Shown one piece after another: positions 37,933 through 46,407 of a stretch of DNA of 49,764 bases. A model generated the notes under the pieces. It searched no databases. It worked only from the letters and a program-made list of their open reading frames with translations, and was not told the DNA's origin. Numbering within the stretch: the first letter of the stretch is position 1; each line of letters opens with the position of its first letter. Source of the DNA: a virus (taxonomy: Duplodnaviria > Heunggongvirae > Uroviricota > Caudoviricetes); the IMG/VR virus record IMGVR_UViG_643348545_000011; one strand, written 5' to 3'. The translations under genes were made by a program, and so were the position numbers.

Positions 37933-38582
37933 GCCGCCATCTCCCTGACCAGTTTTTCCGCCTGCTGGCGAACCTGCGCCAGAAATGCCTCACCACATGC
38001 CTCAAGTTCATCGCGCCCGATGTAGCTGATTGCCGCTCCCTTCCAGGTCTTGTCGAAAACAGCAATAGCACCAGCGAAGAAAGCACCTGTTGGCACCTGC
38101 TTTTCGTCTTTCGGGATAAACCAGGCTGGCAGTTCAAAACCAATACGCCCGCGAATAAAAGCAATATGATCTGCATCTTCCGGCCACCACACTTCGCTGG
38201 TGGCCGCTTTGATCAGGAAAACATAGCGCCCGCCTTTATCACGCATGGCACTGGCATGCTTCATGATGTAACGCATGCCGGTGATGTATTGTCCCTCATG
38301 CTGACTGGCGCGGCTGTACGGGGGATTACCAAAGGCAGCACCTTTAAGCTCCGCAAGACGTTCTGACCAGTCATGTGCCAGCGCGTTGTCTTCCGCCGTG
38401 TAATACGCGGCACATTTGGCGTTATCACCGTCAGTAAACAGATCCAGAACAAACGGGCCAAACAGGGTGTTAATTCCCCAGAAAATGTTGTCCGGCGTGC
38501 GCCACTGATCGCCCACTTCCTTCAGTTCATGGGCTGGTTTGTTCCGTAGTTCCACCAGCGCCTGGCAATATTTATTACTCAT
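37929..38582 (-). CDS. Phage DNA N6-adenine methyltransferase (Dam-like)
   Basis: GNPPY catalytic motif; likely start at the internal MSNKYCQ overlapping the upstream stop (the track ORF extends to 38615). Confidence 0.85.
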   Translation of the reverse strand: MSNKYCQALVELRNKPAHELKEVGDQWRTPDNIFWGINTLFGPFVLDLFTDGDNAKCAAYYTAEDNALAHDWSERLAELKGAAFGNPPYSRASQHEGQYITGMRYIMKHASAMRDKGGRYVFLIKAATSEVWWPEDADHIAFIRGRIGFELPAWFIPKDEKQVPTGAFFAGAIAVFDKTWKGAAISYIGRDELEACGEAFLAQVRQQAEKLVREMAA

Positions 38583-39076
38583 TAAGCCCCCACGTAATTC
38601 CCTGACAGATACCACTCATCACCCGCTACAGCGCGCTTTCTGCTTTTCCGTAAGCACCGCTCACGACGCGCCAGAAAATTGTTTCGTTCTGGCTGGGAGT
38701 GGCTTTCACGGAATGCCGCCATCCACACGGTTGCAGCACGACGGTATAAGCCCCTGGACTCCAGTTCTTCCGCCTGGCGGGTCAGGCACAAAATCACCCG
38801 GGGATCGTTAGTGCCGACATAGAAATTGCGCACAGGTATGGTTTCAAGAACAGGTTGCAGTTTCTCCTCCTGCGATATCTCAGCCTGGTGTGGGAAATGT
38901 CTGCGTGTTTTCCCTTCACAACAGTGAGCCACACGGCCACTCTGACGTAACTTGCTTGCTGACTGCAGAACGCACTGTCGTGAGTAACCAGCAAAAGCAT
39001 CCGCAATGTCACCTGAAGTACACCCCGGATGGGCTTCAATGAATTTCTGTACATCGTTCATCAGACTCATGATCAC
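38582..39076 (-). CDS. PerC/Pch-like transcriptional regulator domain protein (putative)
   Basis: 164-aa ORF (GTG start); C-terminal AEELESRGLYRRAATVWMAAF resembles the PerC-family core. Confidence 0.45.
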   Translation of the reverse strand: MIMSLMNDVQKFIEAHPGCTSGDIADAFAGYSRQCVLQSASKLRQSGRVAHCCEGKTRRHFPHQAEISQEEKLQPVLETIPVRNFYVGTNDPRVILCLTRQAEELESRGLYRRAATVWMAAFRESHSQPERNNFLARRERCLRKSRKRAVAGDEWYLSGNYVGA

Positions 39077-40056
39077 CCCCTGAATCCTGTCGGGATCTGG
39101 CTGTAGTCCACGTTGTCGTAACTGGCTTTGAAGTACGGGTCCTCGCGTCTGGCTGCAGATACCGCAGGAACTTCCCAGGATTCTTCGAAATGACGATCCG
39201 GACCAAAGAACGTGACAGCCTGTTTCACAAATTGTGTGCCGCTATTGCCCATCGCAGATACCCAGCCCGCGTAGCGTTTCACACCTTCCAGCATGGTTTC
39301 GGGGTTTACCCCCTCGTTCAAACGGGCTTTCCAGGCTTTGAAGGCTGCTGATTTTGAATTGCCACCAGCACGTTTGGGATATTCCTGCCAGGCCTGTTCA
39401 AATTCCGGTGAATATTCCTGTCGGGCAGAACGCGCTGGCGCAGACGCGTCAGCGGATGCATCAATAGTGTTTTTAGTCTCCGTTGTAATCTCTGTAGTAA
39501 TCTCTGTATTTGTATCAACATTCGGCGTATCCCCTGTTCCGTTATGACGTCGGGGGGTGTTCCGTTTTAACGTAATAGCTGTATCGCTGATTGCATTATT
39601 GCTGTTACTTTCTGGCGAAACAGAAGAAGGTGTGGTGATGGCCGCAATTGCCTGTGGGTTGATCCCGACAAACAAAATATTGCTGCATTTCACCCCATCG
39701 AGCATTTCCACCGTGCGTAAATCCAGAGTAATAAACCCTGCATCGCGCAGACGCTTCAGCGCATCTGCGGTTTCCCTTTTCCCGAAACCAAACTGCTCAG
39801 CAAACGCCTGGTAGCTTCTTTGCAGTTTGTCGCCCTGAAAACGCTTGCGATATCCCAGCAACGCTCCGGTGTGCTCATCCCTGACCTCTGTCGGGCGGTA
39901 CCAGTAAACGATCTCTGAAAGCAGAGCGATAGCCGTCGCATCCGGACGCCCACTGGGTAGTCGAATATATTTCCACCAGGTCGCAGGTGTAACATTGCCG
40001 GAAATATTAATTTGACCAATAGCCATAACTTCCGGTGTGGGGGCGTAACGGCTCAT
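39073..40056 (-). CDS. Putative phage replication initiation protein (winged-helix N-terminus, conserved phage replication C-terminal motif)
   Basis: 327-aa ORF; N-terminal wHTH-like region; short TEITTEITTE repeat; C-terminal EFEQAWQEYPKRAGGNSKSAAFKAWKARL...QFVKQAVTFF motif seen in phage replication proteins (from memory). Confidence 0.5.
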   Translation of the reverse strand: MSRYAPTPEVMAIGQINISGNVTPATWWKYIRLPSGRPDATAIALLSEIVYWYRPTEVRDEHTGALLGYRKRFQGDKLQRSYQAFAEQFGFGKRETADALKRLRDAGFITLDLRTVEMLDGVKCSNILFVGINPQAIAAITTPSSVSPESNSNNAISDTAITLKRNTPRRHNGTGDTPNVDTNTEITTEITTETKNTIDASADASAPARSARQEYSPEFEQAWQEYPKRAGGNSKSAAFKAWKARLNEGVNPETMLEGVKRYAGWVSAMGNSGTQFVKQAVTFFGPDRHFEESWEVPAVSAARREDPYFKASYDNVDYSQIPTGFRG

Positions 40057-40352
40057 ACAACCTCCTTCCGCAGCATGAGAATTGTGTAGCCACGCGCAGG
40101 TTGTAGTCTGGCTTTTGCATCAATAGTAAGCGTTGCAATTTTTCGGATATGAAGATAACCAGCTCTTTCCAGTGCCAGGGTTTCCCTGAATATCGCTTGC
40201 TTAGAACAACAGCAGAAATCAGCAAGCACCTGATGATCAATAACTCTCTCGCCTTCACCGTCTGAAGAACCCGACATCAAAACACGCAACATAATCAGGC
40301 GCTGAATCGGGTTATCGAAAGCACATCCGCACACAAACTGAAAACAGTTCAC
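40053..40352 (-). CDS. Hypothetical small protein with HTH-like segment
   Basis: 99-aa ORF; start/stop coupled to neighbours; CSKQAIFRETLALERAGYLHIRK is HTH-like. Confidence 0.4.
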   Translation of the reverse strand: MNCFQFVCGCAFDNPIQRLIMLRVLMSGSSDGEGERVIDHQVLADFCCCSKQAIFRETLALERAGYLHIRKIATLTIDAKARLQPARGYTILMLRKEVV

Positions 40353-40573
40353 GCCACACCTCCCAGACGCTTAAACATTTTTCCGGAGCAAAAGGCTATA
40401 AGCGGCATACTGACGCGGTAATTACGGCCCAGCGGTTCACAAACCACCTTCTGACATTCACGGTCAACCAGGCTAACACGTAGAACATGCCCTGCAGGCG
40501 TGGTGTACCACTGACCAGGACGAGGACAACGGAAAGTCTGATTGGTAAACCGTTTGAAAATATTCCGGATCAT
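40349..40573 (-). CDS. Hypothetical small protein
   Basis: 74-aa ORF with overlapping start and stop codons with neighbours; no recognised motif. Confidence 0.35.
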   Translation of the reverse strand: MIRNIFKRFTNQTFRCPRPGQWYTTPAGHVLRVSLVDRECQKVVCEPLGRNYRVSMPLIAFCSGKMFKRLGGVA

Positions 40574-41733
40574 TTGCGCCCCCTTACCTCTGAAGGGTTC
40601 AGCGACAAATTTATGAGACTGGCCAGTAGCGCCGCGTCGTTGATGCGGTCATACAGACTTACAGCCAGCGGGGATTCGGCTTTTGCCAACATGGGATAAA
40701 GCTGCTGCAGCCAGACCTGATGAATTGATGAAATGTAGGAATAGAGAACGCTGGCGTTATGTGCAACGTCGCTCAGTACAGAGGGATTTGAAAGCTGTTT
40801 CTCCATCTGGTTAAAGGCATTGATGTATGCCTCTTTGAACTGGGCAGCACGTTTACCCGTGAAACCCATAGCAAGAAACGCAAAGCCGTCGCGGGTTATT
40901 TGATAGCAAGGTAGTTTGCGAGTACCGCCGTTGGGCTGGCGTACCAAAATTGATGTCTCCGCAAAATTGCGGGCACAAAACTCTGGAGAACAATCCAAAA
41001 TGCGGATCTTTTTCAGAACATCGTCATGACGTTTAGAGAAGAAGTCAGCAACAGCCAAAGAAGATGTAACAGCCTGACCATCAACGATGGCAATTTCAGG
41101 TTGAGAGAGGGTTGGGAGAGTAGTCATAGTGACAGCCCCGGTAGTCAGTTTTTTAGAAAACTCACCACATGGGACGCCAATCACAGAGGTGGTGAGACGT
41201 ACAGGGTTGGCGTTACCGGAGACTACCGAACCCGGCCCGACCGAAGTCGGCCCTGTACGCCCCACCATAATTTGGGCGTAGCAATGCTCATGACACGAAA
41301 AAACCGCATGAGCGCGGTTATGCTCAGTAATCAATTTCAGGACGCCAATCCCGGCACCCGCTTTATAAGGTGCAGAGACAGTGTAACGTCCCGAAATGGC
41401 AGAATCAATATGCTGGTGGTCCTTCACACTCAACAAAATCACGCCTGAATTTCCACAAAGGACTAAAGCACTCATGCGGGTAGTCTTTGCGAAGATAGAT
41501 AACGCGCTGTGTTTCTGGCTCCCAACGAATAACATGGACATAAAGCCCTCTTCCGTCACGAAACCAGCGGTTAAGTTCCTGCACAACTCGCCCCCCACAG
41601 TCAGGTAAAGTTCTCTGTGGTTACTTACAGCCAGGTGATTTGGTAATCTGCATTCATGCCGTAACAACAGGTGTTCAGCGACGCTGACCACCAGCTGTTG
41701 CGACAAACGGTTATTTGCCGTTAAACTATTCAT
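40570..41733 (-). CDS. Rha-family phage regulatory protein with unrecognised about 200-aa N-terminal extension
   Basis: 387-aa ORF; residues about 205-330 match the Rha pattern (TSSLAVADFFSKRHDDVLKKIRIL..., ITRDGFAFLAMGFTGKRAAQFKEAYINAF); N-terminal half unrecognised. Confidence 0.65.
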   Translation of the reverse strand: MNSLTANNRLSQQLVVSVAEHLLLRHECRLPNHLAVSNHRELYLTVGGELCRNLTAGFVTEEGFMSMLFVGSQKHSALSIFAKTTRMSALVLCGNSGVILLSVKDHQHIDSAISGRYTVSAPYKAGAGIGVLKLITEHNRAHAVFSCHEHCYAQIMVGRTGPTSVGPGSVVSGNANPVRLTTSVIGVPCGEFSKKLTTGAVTMTTLPTLSQPEIAIVDGQAVTSSLAVADFFSKRHDDVLKKIRILDCSPEFCARNFAETSILVRQPNGGTRKLPCYQITRDGFAFLAMGFTGKRAAQFKEAYINAFNQMEKQLSNPSVLSDVAHNASVLYSYISSIHQVWLQQLYPMLAKAESPLAVSLYDRINDAALLASLINLSLNPSEVRGRK

Positions 41734-42287
41734 GCGTTAGTTTCTCCACAACCAGAAGCAATCGACGCCACGACGCCCGGAGCTGCACACTCGCGGGCGT
41801 TACTATTTTCTGGAGCGCAGAAGATTTTGTAGACCAGTGCTGCATGCTCCTGGAGCTTCGAAATTGAGAGGTACAGCTCGTCGTTAATTGCTGTCTTCTC
41901 ATGCGGTTCCACTACACCGTCTTCGATTGCTGAACGAATCTGTCTGGAATAACTGCCGATCTGTTCAATGACTTCCAGCAGACGCTGGTTAATATCGGCG
42001 TTGTCCACATCCTCGACGTCAGGAAGAGACACAAAGACGCCATTTGCAGACTGCGCCACAGCGTCAGCAATGAAGTGAGTTCCACCAGCACGTTGTAAAA
42101 TCATTGCCCATCCCAGCGGGAAAATCTGATCGCCATCGGCACGAAGGCGATTGAATAAAGCGTTCTCTGTTACATCCAGCCACTCAGCAGCTTCAGCGTA
42201 ACCCCCCGGCAACGCCGCGATAGTTTTTCTGACAGCTTTCACGTACCACTCAGGTTGTTTTTCCACTTTCCAATGATGCTTACCCAC
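41730..42287 (-). CDS. CII-like / YmfL-like early regulatory protein (putative)
   Basis: 185-aa ORF immediately downstream of cro, coupled by overlapping start and stop; position as in e14-type switches. Confidence 0.45.
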   Translation of the reverse strand: MGKHHWKVEKQPEWYVKAVRKTIAALPGGYAEAAEWLDVTENALFNRLRADGDQIFPLGWAMILQRAGGTHFIADAVAQSANGVFVSLPDVEDVDNADINQRLLEVIEQIGSYSRQIRSAIEDGVVEPHEKTAINDELYLSISKLQEHAALVYKIFCAPENSNARECAAPGVVASIASGCGETNA

Positions 42288-42540
42288 GGCTTACCTCCTG
42301 TTCCTGTGGTTTAAACCCATTCTGGTTTTGGCTAGATTGAAAACGTGCCGGATAAAGAATCTGCATTTCGCTGATTTCACCCTTAAAAAAATTGGCCAGA
42401 CGTTCTGCAAGGTCGATAGATGGAATTTGTTCCAGTCTTTCAATACGACTCAGCGTCGCTGGATTGACCTGAACGCCCGCAGCAACATGCTGCAAAGTAA
42501 ATCCGTGCGCCTTACGCACATTCCGTAATGGTGATTGCAT
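42280..42540 (-). CDS. cro: Cro-like HTH repressor
   Basis: 86-aa ORF with an XRE-type HTH (HGFTLQHVAAGVQVNPATLSRIERLEQ); divergent from the cI-like gene across the operator region. Confidence 0.8.
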   Translation of the reverse strand: MQSPLRNVRKAHGFTLQHVAAGVQVNPATLSRIERLEQIPSIDLAERLANFFKGEISEMQILYPARFQSSQNQNGFKPQEQEVSRG

Positions 42541-42637
42541 ATAACCTCCACATATTGCGTGATGAGCATATTATTTCACGCAAATATTTTGCGCAAGTTG
42601 ATTTGCTTAACGCGCAATAAAGAAATGTAATAAACGC
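42541..42637. promoter_or_regulatory. OR-like operator/promoter region between cro and cI
   Basis: Repeated TTGC-N7-GCAA palindromes (TTGCGTGATGAGCAT at about 42555; TTGCTTAACGCGCAA at about 42603) plus TTGCGCAA; AT-rich; almost no leader before the cI ATG. Confidence 0.6.
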
Positions 42638-43330
42638 ATGAACATAGGAAATCGAGTCAGACAACTTCGCCAGGCGAAGAACATGAAAATCGCCGATCTC
42701 GCTGAAGCAATAGGAGTGGATGCGGCGAATATCTCGCGCCTCGAAACAGGTAAGCAGAAACAATTCACTGAACAAGCCCTGAGTAATATTGCCAGGAGCT
42801 TAGGTGTTGATATTGCTGATCTCTTTACCTCAGACCTCAAAAGTAATACTGTATGTAAAAACAGTATTAGTGAGGATGTTGCGCAGGTGAAGGATGTATT
42901 CCGTATTGAAATGCTGGATGTCAGTGCCAGTGCGGGAAATGGCCTTATCCAGGGCGGTGATGTCATTGATGTGATTCATGCCATTGAATACAGAACTGAT
43001 AATGCTGTATCGATGTTTGGTGGACGACCAGCAAATCACATTAAAGTTATCAACGTTCGTGGGGACAGTATGTGTCCAACCATTGAGCCAGGAGATCTCA
43101 TCTTCGTTGATATCAGTATCAATCAGTTTGATGGGGATGGTATATATGTATTTGGTTTTGATGATAAAATTTACGTCAAACGACTGCAAATGATACCTGA
43201 TAAACTGCTGGTAATTTCTGATAATCAGATTTACCGCGAATGGGGAATTACCAGCGAAAACGAACATCGGTTTATGGTCTTTGGAAAGGTCTTAATCAGT
43301 CAGTCACAAACCCTTAAGCGACACAATTAA
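42638..43330 (+). CDS. cI: CI-like prophage repressor (HTH plus S24 LexA-like autopeptidase domain)
   Basis: 230-aa ORF; N-terminal HTH (NRVRQLRQAKNMKIADLAEAIGVDAANISRLETGK); C-terminal S24 domain with GDSM and KR motifs. Confidence 0.9.
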   Translation: MNIGNRVRQLRQAKNMKIADLAEAIGVDAANISRLETGKQKQFTEQALSNIARSLGVDIADLFTSDLKSNTVCKNSISEDVAQVKDVFRIEMLDVSASAGNGLIQGGDVIDVIHAIEYRTDNAVSMFGGRPANHIKVINVRGDSMCPTIEPGDLIFVDISINQFDGDGIYVFGFDDKIYVKRLQMIPDKLLVISDNQIYREWGITSENEHRFMVFGKVLISQSQTLKRHN

Positions 43331-43352
43331 CCCCCTACCTCAACATCAATTA

Positions 43353-43376
43353 GCCACCAGAAGGTGGCTTTTCATT
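43353..43376 (+). terminator. Intrinsic terminator after cI
   Basis: GCCACC-agaa-GGTGGC followed by TTTTCATT, 20 nt after the cI stop. Confidence 0.65.
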
Positions 43377-43386
43377 ACCCACCAAA

Positions 43387-43425
43387 TTGCATATCTCGCA
43401 ATAAAAACACTTGCATAATGCGCAA
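43387..43425. promoter_or_regulatory. OL-like operator pair with candidate early-left promoter
   Basis: TTGCATATCTCGCAA and TTGCATAATGCGCAA (same TTGC-N7-GCAA architecture as OR); -35-like TTGCAT and -10-like TATCTT follow. Confidence 0.5.
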
Positions 43426-43870
43426 CTTCATTTTATCTTTCTTTCCAGACCTACAAACAAGGTACTAACAAAATTTGGTTGTAACACGGCGTATGGCACA
43501 TGCGTCGTTAGCGGTCTGGGGACGTTAAAGGGGACAATCCACTCCTTGCTCGGGCAAACAAACCAGGTAGCCGGAATGTGCAAGTCAATGAGGATGCTGA
43601 TAAGACGCCTAACCAGCGTGGCGATTCGGTTTGACGCCTGGGAAGAGACCAGGGTGCAACGATGAGGGCATTTATGGAACCGCGACAAAGTGTGGTGCCG
43701 TAACTGGCTAAGTGCTCTCAGCGTTGTGGTGAATGCGCAGGCTGATGCGCGAAAGACATTGCAGCTATTGCGGAAAAGAGCTGTTCGGCGGGGCAATTAA
43801 ACGCCCGTGAGAGTCTGAAATAACCGCAAGCCGGAGATCAGCACCGGTCACCACAACAGCCACTGCTTTG

Positions 43871-43918
43871 GCGGTACCAGTTTGTACACTTGCTTCCGGC
43901 TGGTACCGCTCTTTTTAC
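43871..43918 (+). terminator. Terminator-like hairpin within the early-left leader
   Basis: GCGGTACCAG-(19 nt)-CTGGTACCGC followed by TCTTTTTAC. Confidence 0.45.
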
Positions 43919-44039
43919 AAAACAGAGAAGAGCATCACCGGACGACGGGCTCATAACCCAATCCATCCGGGCGGCTGCCACCGCAGGTGTTCTTCTCTGT
44001 TTTGTGGAGAAACTAATACATTGTGCAGAGGAAAATAGA

Positions 44040-44957
44040 ATGAAATTACCAAAATTTCGTAACGCAATTGTGTACCGAGCAACATTACCTAGTATACAGG
44101 CTATTGAAGGTCATCTTCTCGAACTCCCTTATTCTGAAATCGGGGAAACAGAATTTTCACGGTCCTCTTTTGTAGAGAATCCTGTCACTGGTGAACTGGT
44201 AACTCCGATATCTGGTGGGTACGCAATGGTAATCCGTCATGATCAGAAAATAATTCCCCGACATGTCGTCATGAAAGAAGCTAATTCTCGAATCCAAACA
44301 ATCGAAAATATGTCCGGGAATAAATTAAAGCGTGCCGAACGACTGGCCATTATTGATAACGTACGAGTAGATCTATGCAAACAGGCATTTGTTAAGTCTA
44401 CTCTGATTCTTGCATTGTACAGCACTGATGAGAAATTATTGGTAATCAACACAACCAATAAAATAATAGCCGGTATGGTATGCGCAATGCTGATTAAGGT
44501 TGTCGGTTCAGTGAAAACAGAAACAATCAACATCAGTGATATCAAGAATGGACTGACTACACGCCTGAATAACTACATCAATGGTGCAGCCAATGCATTT
44601 GAAGGATTCACTGTCGGAAATTATATTCAGCTATCACGCTACGCAGATCAAAAGGAAATTATTCGCTACTCAGCTGAGCATGAGTCAATTCAAAGCGAAC
44701 TGGCCGATAGCCTTAGTAGTAGTTTCACTGCTGATAAAATGGAGTTATCCGGTTGCGGTGTGACCTTCATTCTTACCGAAAATTTCCATTTTTCGCGCAT
44801 CAATACTCAATCTCAGACATTTAATGATGAAGATGATAAAGCATTCCAGTGGCGTCATCAGACTGGCGCTGACCTTTTCCAATTCAGCAAGGTAGTTAAT
44901 TTGATGTGTGACCTTCTTTCTTACAAAGAAGATAAAAGCCAAAATCCAACAACTTAA
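44040..44957 (+). CDS. rdgC: Recombination-associated protein RdgC-like
   Basis: About 305 aa from ATG 44040 (GAGGA RBS); N-terminus MKLPKFRNAIVYRATLP parallels the RdgC start; size matches. Confidence 0.75.
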   Translation: MKLPKFRNAIVYRATLPSIQAIEGHLLELPYSEIGETEFSRSSFVENPVTGELVTPISGGYAMVIRHDQKIIPRHVVMKEANSRIQTIENMSGNKLKRAERLAIIDNVRVDLCKQAFVKSTLILALYSTDEKLLVINTTNKIIAGMVCAMLIKVVGSVKTETINISDIKNGLTTRLNNYINGAANAFEGFTVGNYIQLSRYADQKEIIRYSAEHESIQSELADSLSSSFTADKMELSGCGVTFILTENFHFSRINTQSQTFNDEDDKAFQWRHQTGADLFQFSKVVNLMCDLLSYKEDKSQNPTT

Positions 44958-45047
44958 AAAAATTGCAGCAATCATCCCATGTTAAATGGGCTGGATTGCT
45001 GCAATCAAAATTCAGAGCGGTGCAGCGCATATAACGTGGAGAACAAA

Positions 45048-45584
45048 ATGTCATTTATTAAAACTTTTTCCGGGAAGCATTTTTATTATGACAAGATAAA
45101 TAAAGACGACATCGTGATTAACGATATCGCGGTTTCCCTTTCAAATATCTGCCGCTTTGCCGGTCATCTTTCTCACTTCTACAGTGTCGCCCAACATGCG
45201 GTGCTTTGCAGCCAGCTGGTGCCGCAGGAATTTGCTTTTGAAGCGTTAATGCATGATGCAACAGAAGCGTATTGCCAGGATATTCCCGCTCCACTGAAAC
45301 GCCTTCTTCCTGACTATAAACGGATGGAAGAAAAAATAGACGCCGTAATCCGTGAGAAATACGGGTTACCCCCGGTTATGAGCACGCCTGTGAAATATGC
45401 CGATCTCATCATGCTGGCAACCGAACGCCGCGATCTCGGGCTTGATGATGGCTCTTTCTGGCCAGTACTGGAAGGTATCCCGGCAACAGAAATGTTCAAA
45501 GTTATTCCACTGGCTCCGAGCCATGCCTACGGGATGTTTATGGAGCGCTTTAACGAGTTATCGGAGTTACGCACATGCGCATGA
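45048..45584 (+). CDS. HD-domain phosphohydrolase (YfdR/YfbR-like 5'-deoxynucleotidase)
   Basis: Start MSFIKTF at 45048 with GGAG RBS; HD-family residues (FAGHLSHFYSVAQHAV, EALMHDATEAY). Confidence 0.7.
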   Translation: MSFIKTFSGKHFYYDKINKDDIVINDIAVSLSNICRFAGHLSHFYSVAQHAVLCSQLVPQEFAFEALMHDATEAYCQDIPAPLKRLLPDYKRMEEKIDAVIREKYGLPPVMSTPVKYADLIMLATERRDLGLDDGSFWPVLEGIPATEMFKVIPLAPSHAYGMFMERFNELSELRTCA

Positions 45585-46186
45585 ATGTTTTCGAAATGGA
45601 AGGGTTTCTTCGCGGGAAATGTGTACCACGAGATCTGAAAGTGAATGAAACAAATGCTGAATATCTGGTGCGTAAATTTGCTGAAGCGGAGGCCAAGATT
45701 TTGGCTCTGTCCGAAGACCAACAGAAATCGATTGAGTCAATTAAGCAGGCTGATGCAGCTGTTAAGTTGGCACACGAGAAGTTTTCGGCGCTGGCGGCGG
45801 AGAATGCGGGGCTGAAACACGCAATGGCCGTAACTCTTGAGCATGTGTCGGTCACGGATGCAGGGCAGGCTGGTGTTGCTGCAATGATTATCAACGATGC
45901 CCTGCACCACAGCGAAACTCCAGCCACCGATGCTTTCCTGGCTGAAATTCGTGCGGAAGCACGCAACGAGGGGATTAACTATACCGCAAGCCGTCTTGCT
46001 GCTGCTTTCAATCACGGATTTATCAATAAGTCTTTACGTGAAGTTTTCGACGTTACACGCATGATTCTGTCAGCGAAAGAAGAGTTGGCTAATGAACCAC
46101 ACCCGATTGATGGCCTGTCCGGTGAATATGCGGAGAAATCCCTAGAAGAATGGGCGGAACAGATTCGCAAAGGAGGCAACCAGTGA
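45575..46186 (+). CDS. Hypothetical phage protein
   Basis: 203-aa ORF, start overlapping the upstream stop; Ala-rich, predicted helical. Confidence 0.5.
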   Translation: MRMNVFEMEGFLRGKCVPRDLKVNETNAEYLVRKFAEAEAKILALSEDQQKSIESIKQADAAVKLAHEKFSALAAENAGLKHAMAVTLEHVSVTDAGQAGVAAMIINDALHHSETPATDAFLAEIRAEARNEGINYTASRLAAAFNHGFINKSLREVFDVTRMILSAKEELANEPHPIDGLSGEYAEKSLEEWAEQIRKGGNQ

Positions 46187-46407
46187 GCGGAAAAAGAATG
46201 ACTAACAGAGAGCTTGTTGATGCCGCGATTAAGCTTGCTGGTGATTTTTATTCAATGATGGGGTACACGCATCGCCCAGGCTTCAAATATTGGGAGTCTC
46301 CTCACCCGCAAGAGCAACTGGTATTTCAAATGGCCTGCCGTGCTTTTGAGGTTATTCGCGGTTCTGATGTGATGGACGCCGTTGCCGACTTGGAGGATGA
46401 AGAGTGA
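46183..46407 (+). CDS. Hypothetical small protein
   Basis: About 74 aa; GTG start overlapping the upstream stop (GTGA) after AGGAGG; an ATG at 46198 is the alternative start. Confidence 0.4.
   Translation: MSGKRMTNRELVDAAIKLAGDFYSMMGYTHRPGFKYWESPHPQEQLVFQMACRAFEVIRGSDVMDAVADLEDEE

Noticed and set aside
40570-41733. Whether the 387-aa Rha-domain ORF is actually two genes
   Set aside because: There is no stop codon between the unrecognised N-terminal half and the Rha domain, so it is kept as one ORF; a separate internal start at MTTLPTLSQ cannot be excluded without homologs.
43411-43796. ORFs 43411-43665 (+) and 43428-43796 (-) in the cI to rdgC interval
   Set aside because: The + ORF starts upstream of the putative promoter and overlaps the operators; the - ORF is Arg-rich low complexity with no RBS. 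Neither looks like an N-type antiterminator; the region is treated as an untranslated leader.
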